A program made the position numbers and the translations under genes. From positions 768,001 through 832,000 of the forward strand of contig OY821641.1 of assembly GCA_963555995.3 (NCBI GenBank): a stretch of 64,000 nucleotides of DNA, in the 5' to 3' direction. This document shows positions 63,332 through 64,000 of the stretch, in pieces. The stretch comes from Vicinamibacteria bacterium. GTDB taxonomy: Bacteria > Acidobacteriota > Vicinamibacteria > Marinacidobacterales > Marinacidobacteraceae. Position 1 is the first letter of the stretch, and each line of letters opens with the position of its first letter. Below the pieces are notes generated by a model that was not told the origin of the DNA, searched no databases, and saw nothing but the letters and a program-made list of their open reading frames with translations.

Positions 63332-64000
63332 ATGGCTTCCAGCGATTCCCTGCTTCGCGCGCCGGCGGGTGCGATTACCCATGTGGGCGACGCGGCGCGC
63401 CGCCGCCGAACGGTGGAAGCGACCGCCGCGGGGGTGTTTCGCGGCTGGGGTTACGAGGAGGTCCTGCTGCCGCTCTTCGACCACGCGGAGGTCTTCGCCC
63501 GCGGCGGCGGGCGCTGGTCGGAGCGGTCCAGCTACCGGTTCACCGAGGGCGGGGACCTGCTCGCCCTCCGCGCCGACTTCACCGCGCTGGCGGCGCGGGC
63601 CGCCGTCACCCGGCTGCCCCGGGAGGCGGAGCGGCTCTTCTACCGCGGCGAGGTCGTCCGCCGGCCGGGCCGGGGACTCGGCCCGTCGGCGTTCCGGGAA
63701 GTGGGCGTCGAGCACTTCGCGGCGGGGACCGGCGCCGATCTGGAGATCCTGCTGGTGGCCCTCGAGGTCCTCGAACGCCTCGAGGTGGACGGGTTCGTGT
63801 TCACCCTCGGCCACGCCGGTTTCCCGCTGGGGCTGCTCGACGAAGCGCTTCCCGAGGGTTCCGGTCGGGACGAACGGCGCGCGGAGGCGCTCCGGGGCCT
63901 CTGGCGGCGCGATCCGTCCCGGATCCGGGCCGCACTCGGCGAGCGGGCGGGTCCGCTGGTCGAAGCGCTCGGGTTGTTCGGCGGGCCGGGAGTTCTGGAG
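63332..64000 (+). CDS. hisZ: ATP phosphoribosyltransferase regulatory subunit (HisRS-like), truncated by the window end
   Basis: Manual translation from ATG 63332: P.G, WGYEEV..P.FD, YRF, LALRADFT, RLFYRGEV.R, FREVGVE, LGHAG. Absent from the track because no stop is reached. Confidence 0.85.
   Translation, partial: MASSDSLLRAPAGAITHVGDAARRRRTVEATAAGVFRGWGYEEVLLPLFDHAEVFARGGGRWSERSSYRFTEGGDLLALRADFTALAARAAVTRLPREAERLFYRGEVVRRPGRGLGPSAFREVGVEHFAAGTGADLEILLVALEVLERLEVDGFVFTLGHAGFPLGLLDEALPEGSGRDERRAEALRGLWRRDPSRIRAALGERAGPLVEALGLFGGPGVLE

Overview
Very GC-rich (visually about 70%) bacterial chromosomal window. The gene content (two GWxTD-type proteins, an Oar-like TonB receptor, two VPS10/BNR proteins, a SpoIVB-S55/beta-propeller pair) suggests Acidobacteriota; this is an inference. 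From left to right: an IS21 element (istA/istB, one terminus visible), a class A beta-lactamase-fold protein, a BNR hydrolase, an M20 amidohydrolase, TPR and GWxTD genes, a CPA2-CBS antiporter, a TonB receptor, nadE, a split 2-oxoacid dehydrogenase/lipoate cluster, boxC-boxB-thiolase, mltG, hflX/rsgA, a matrixin operon, two tandem squalene-synthase-like genes, tRNA-Thr(CGT), a K+ channel, tRNA-fMet, pheST, a sigma-54 activator, moeB and a partial hisZ. Intergenic DNA carries 18 REP-like palindromes (several paired as REPINs, two inside coding sequence) and a separate ~130-bp multi-hairpin repeat family. The most unusual observations are several intact enzymes with substituted catalytic residues (S9, S41 next to mltG, beta-lactamase), a sigma-54 promoter that implies a CTG/ATC start for an orphan lipoprotein, the tandem squalene synthase paralogs and the structured repeat. 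All calls come from reading motifs by eye; no searches were run.
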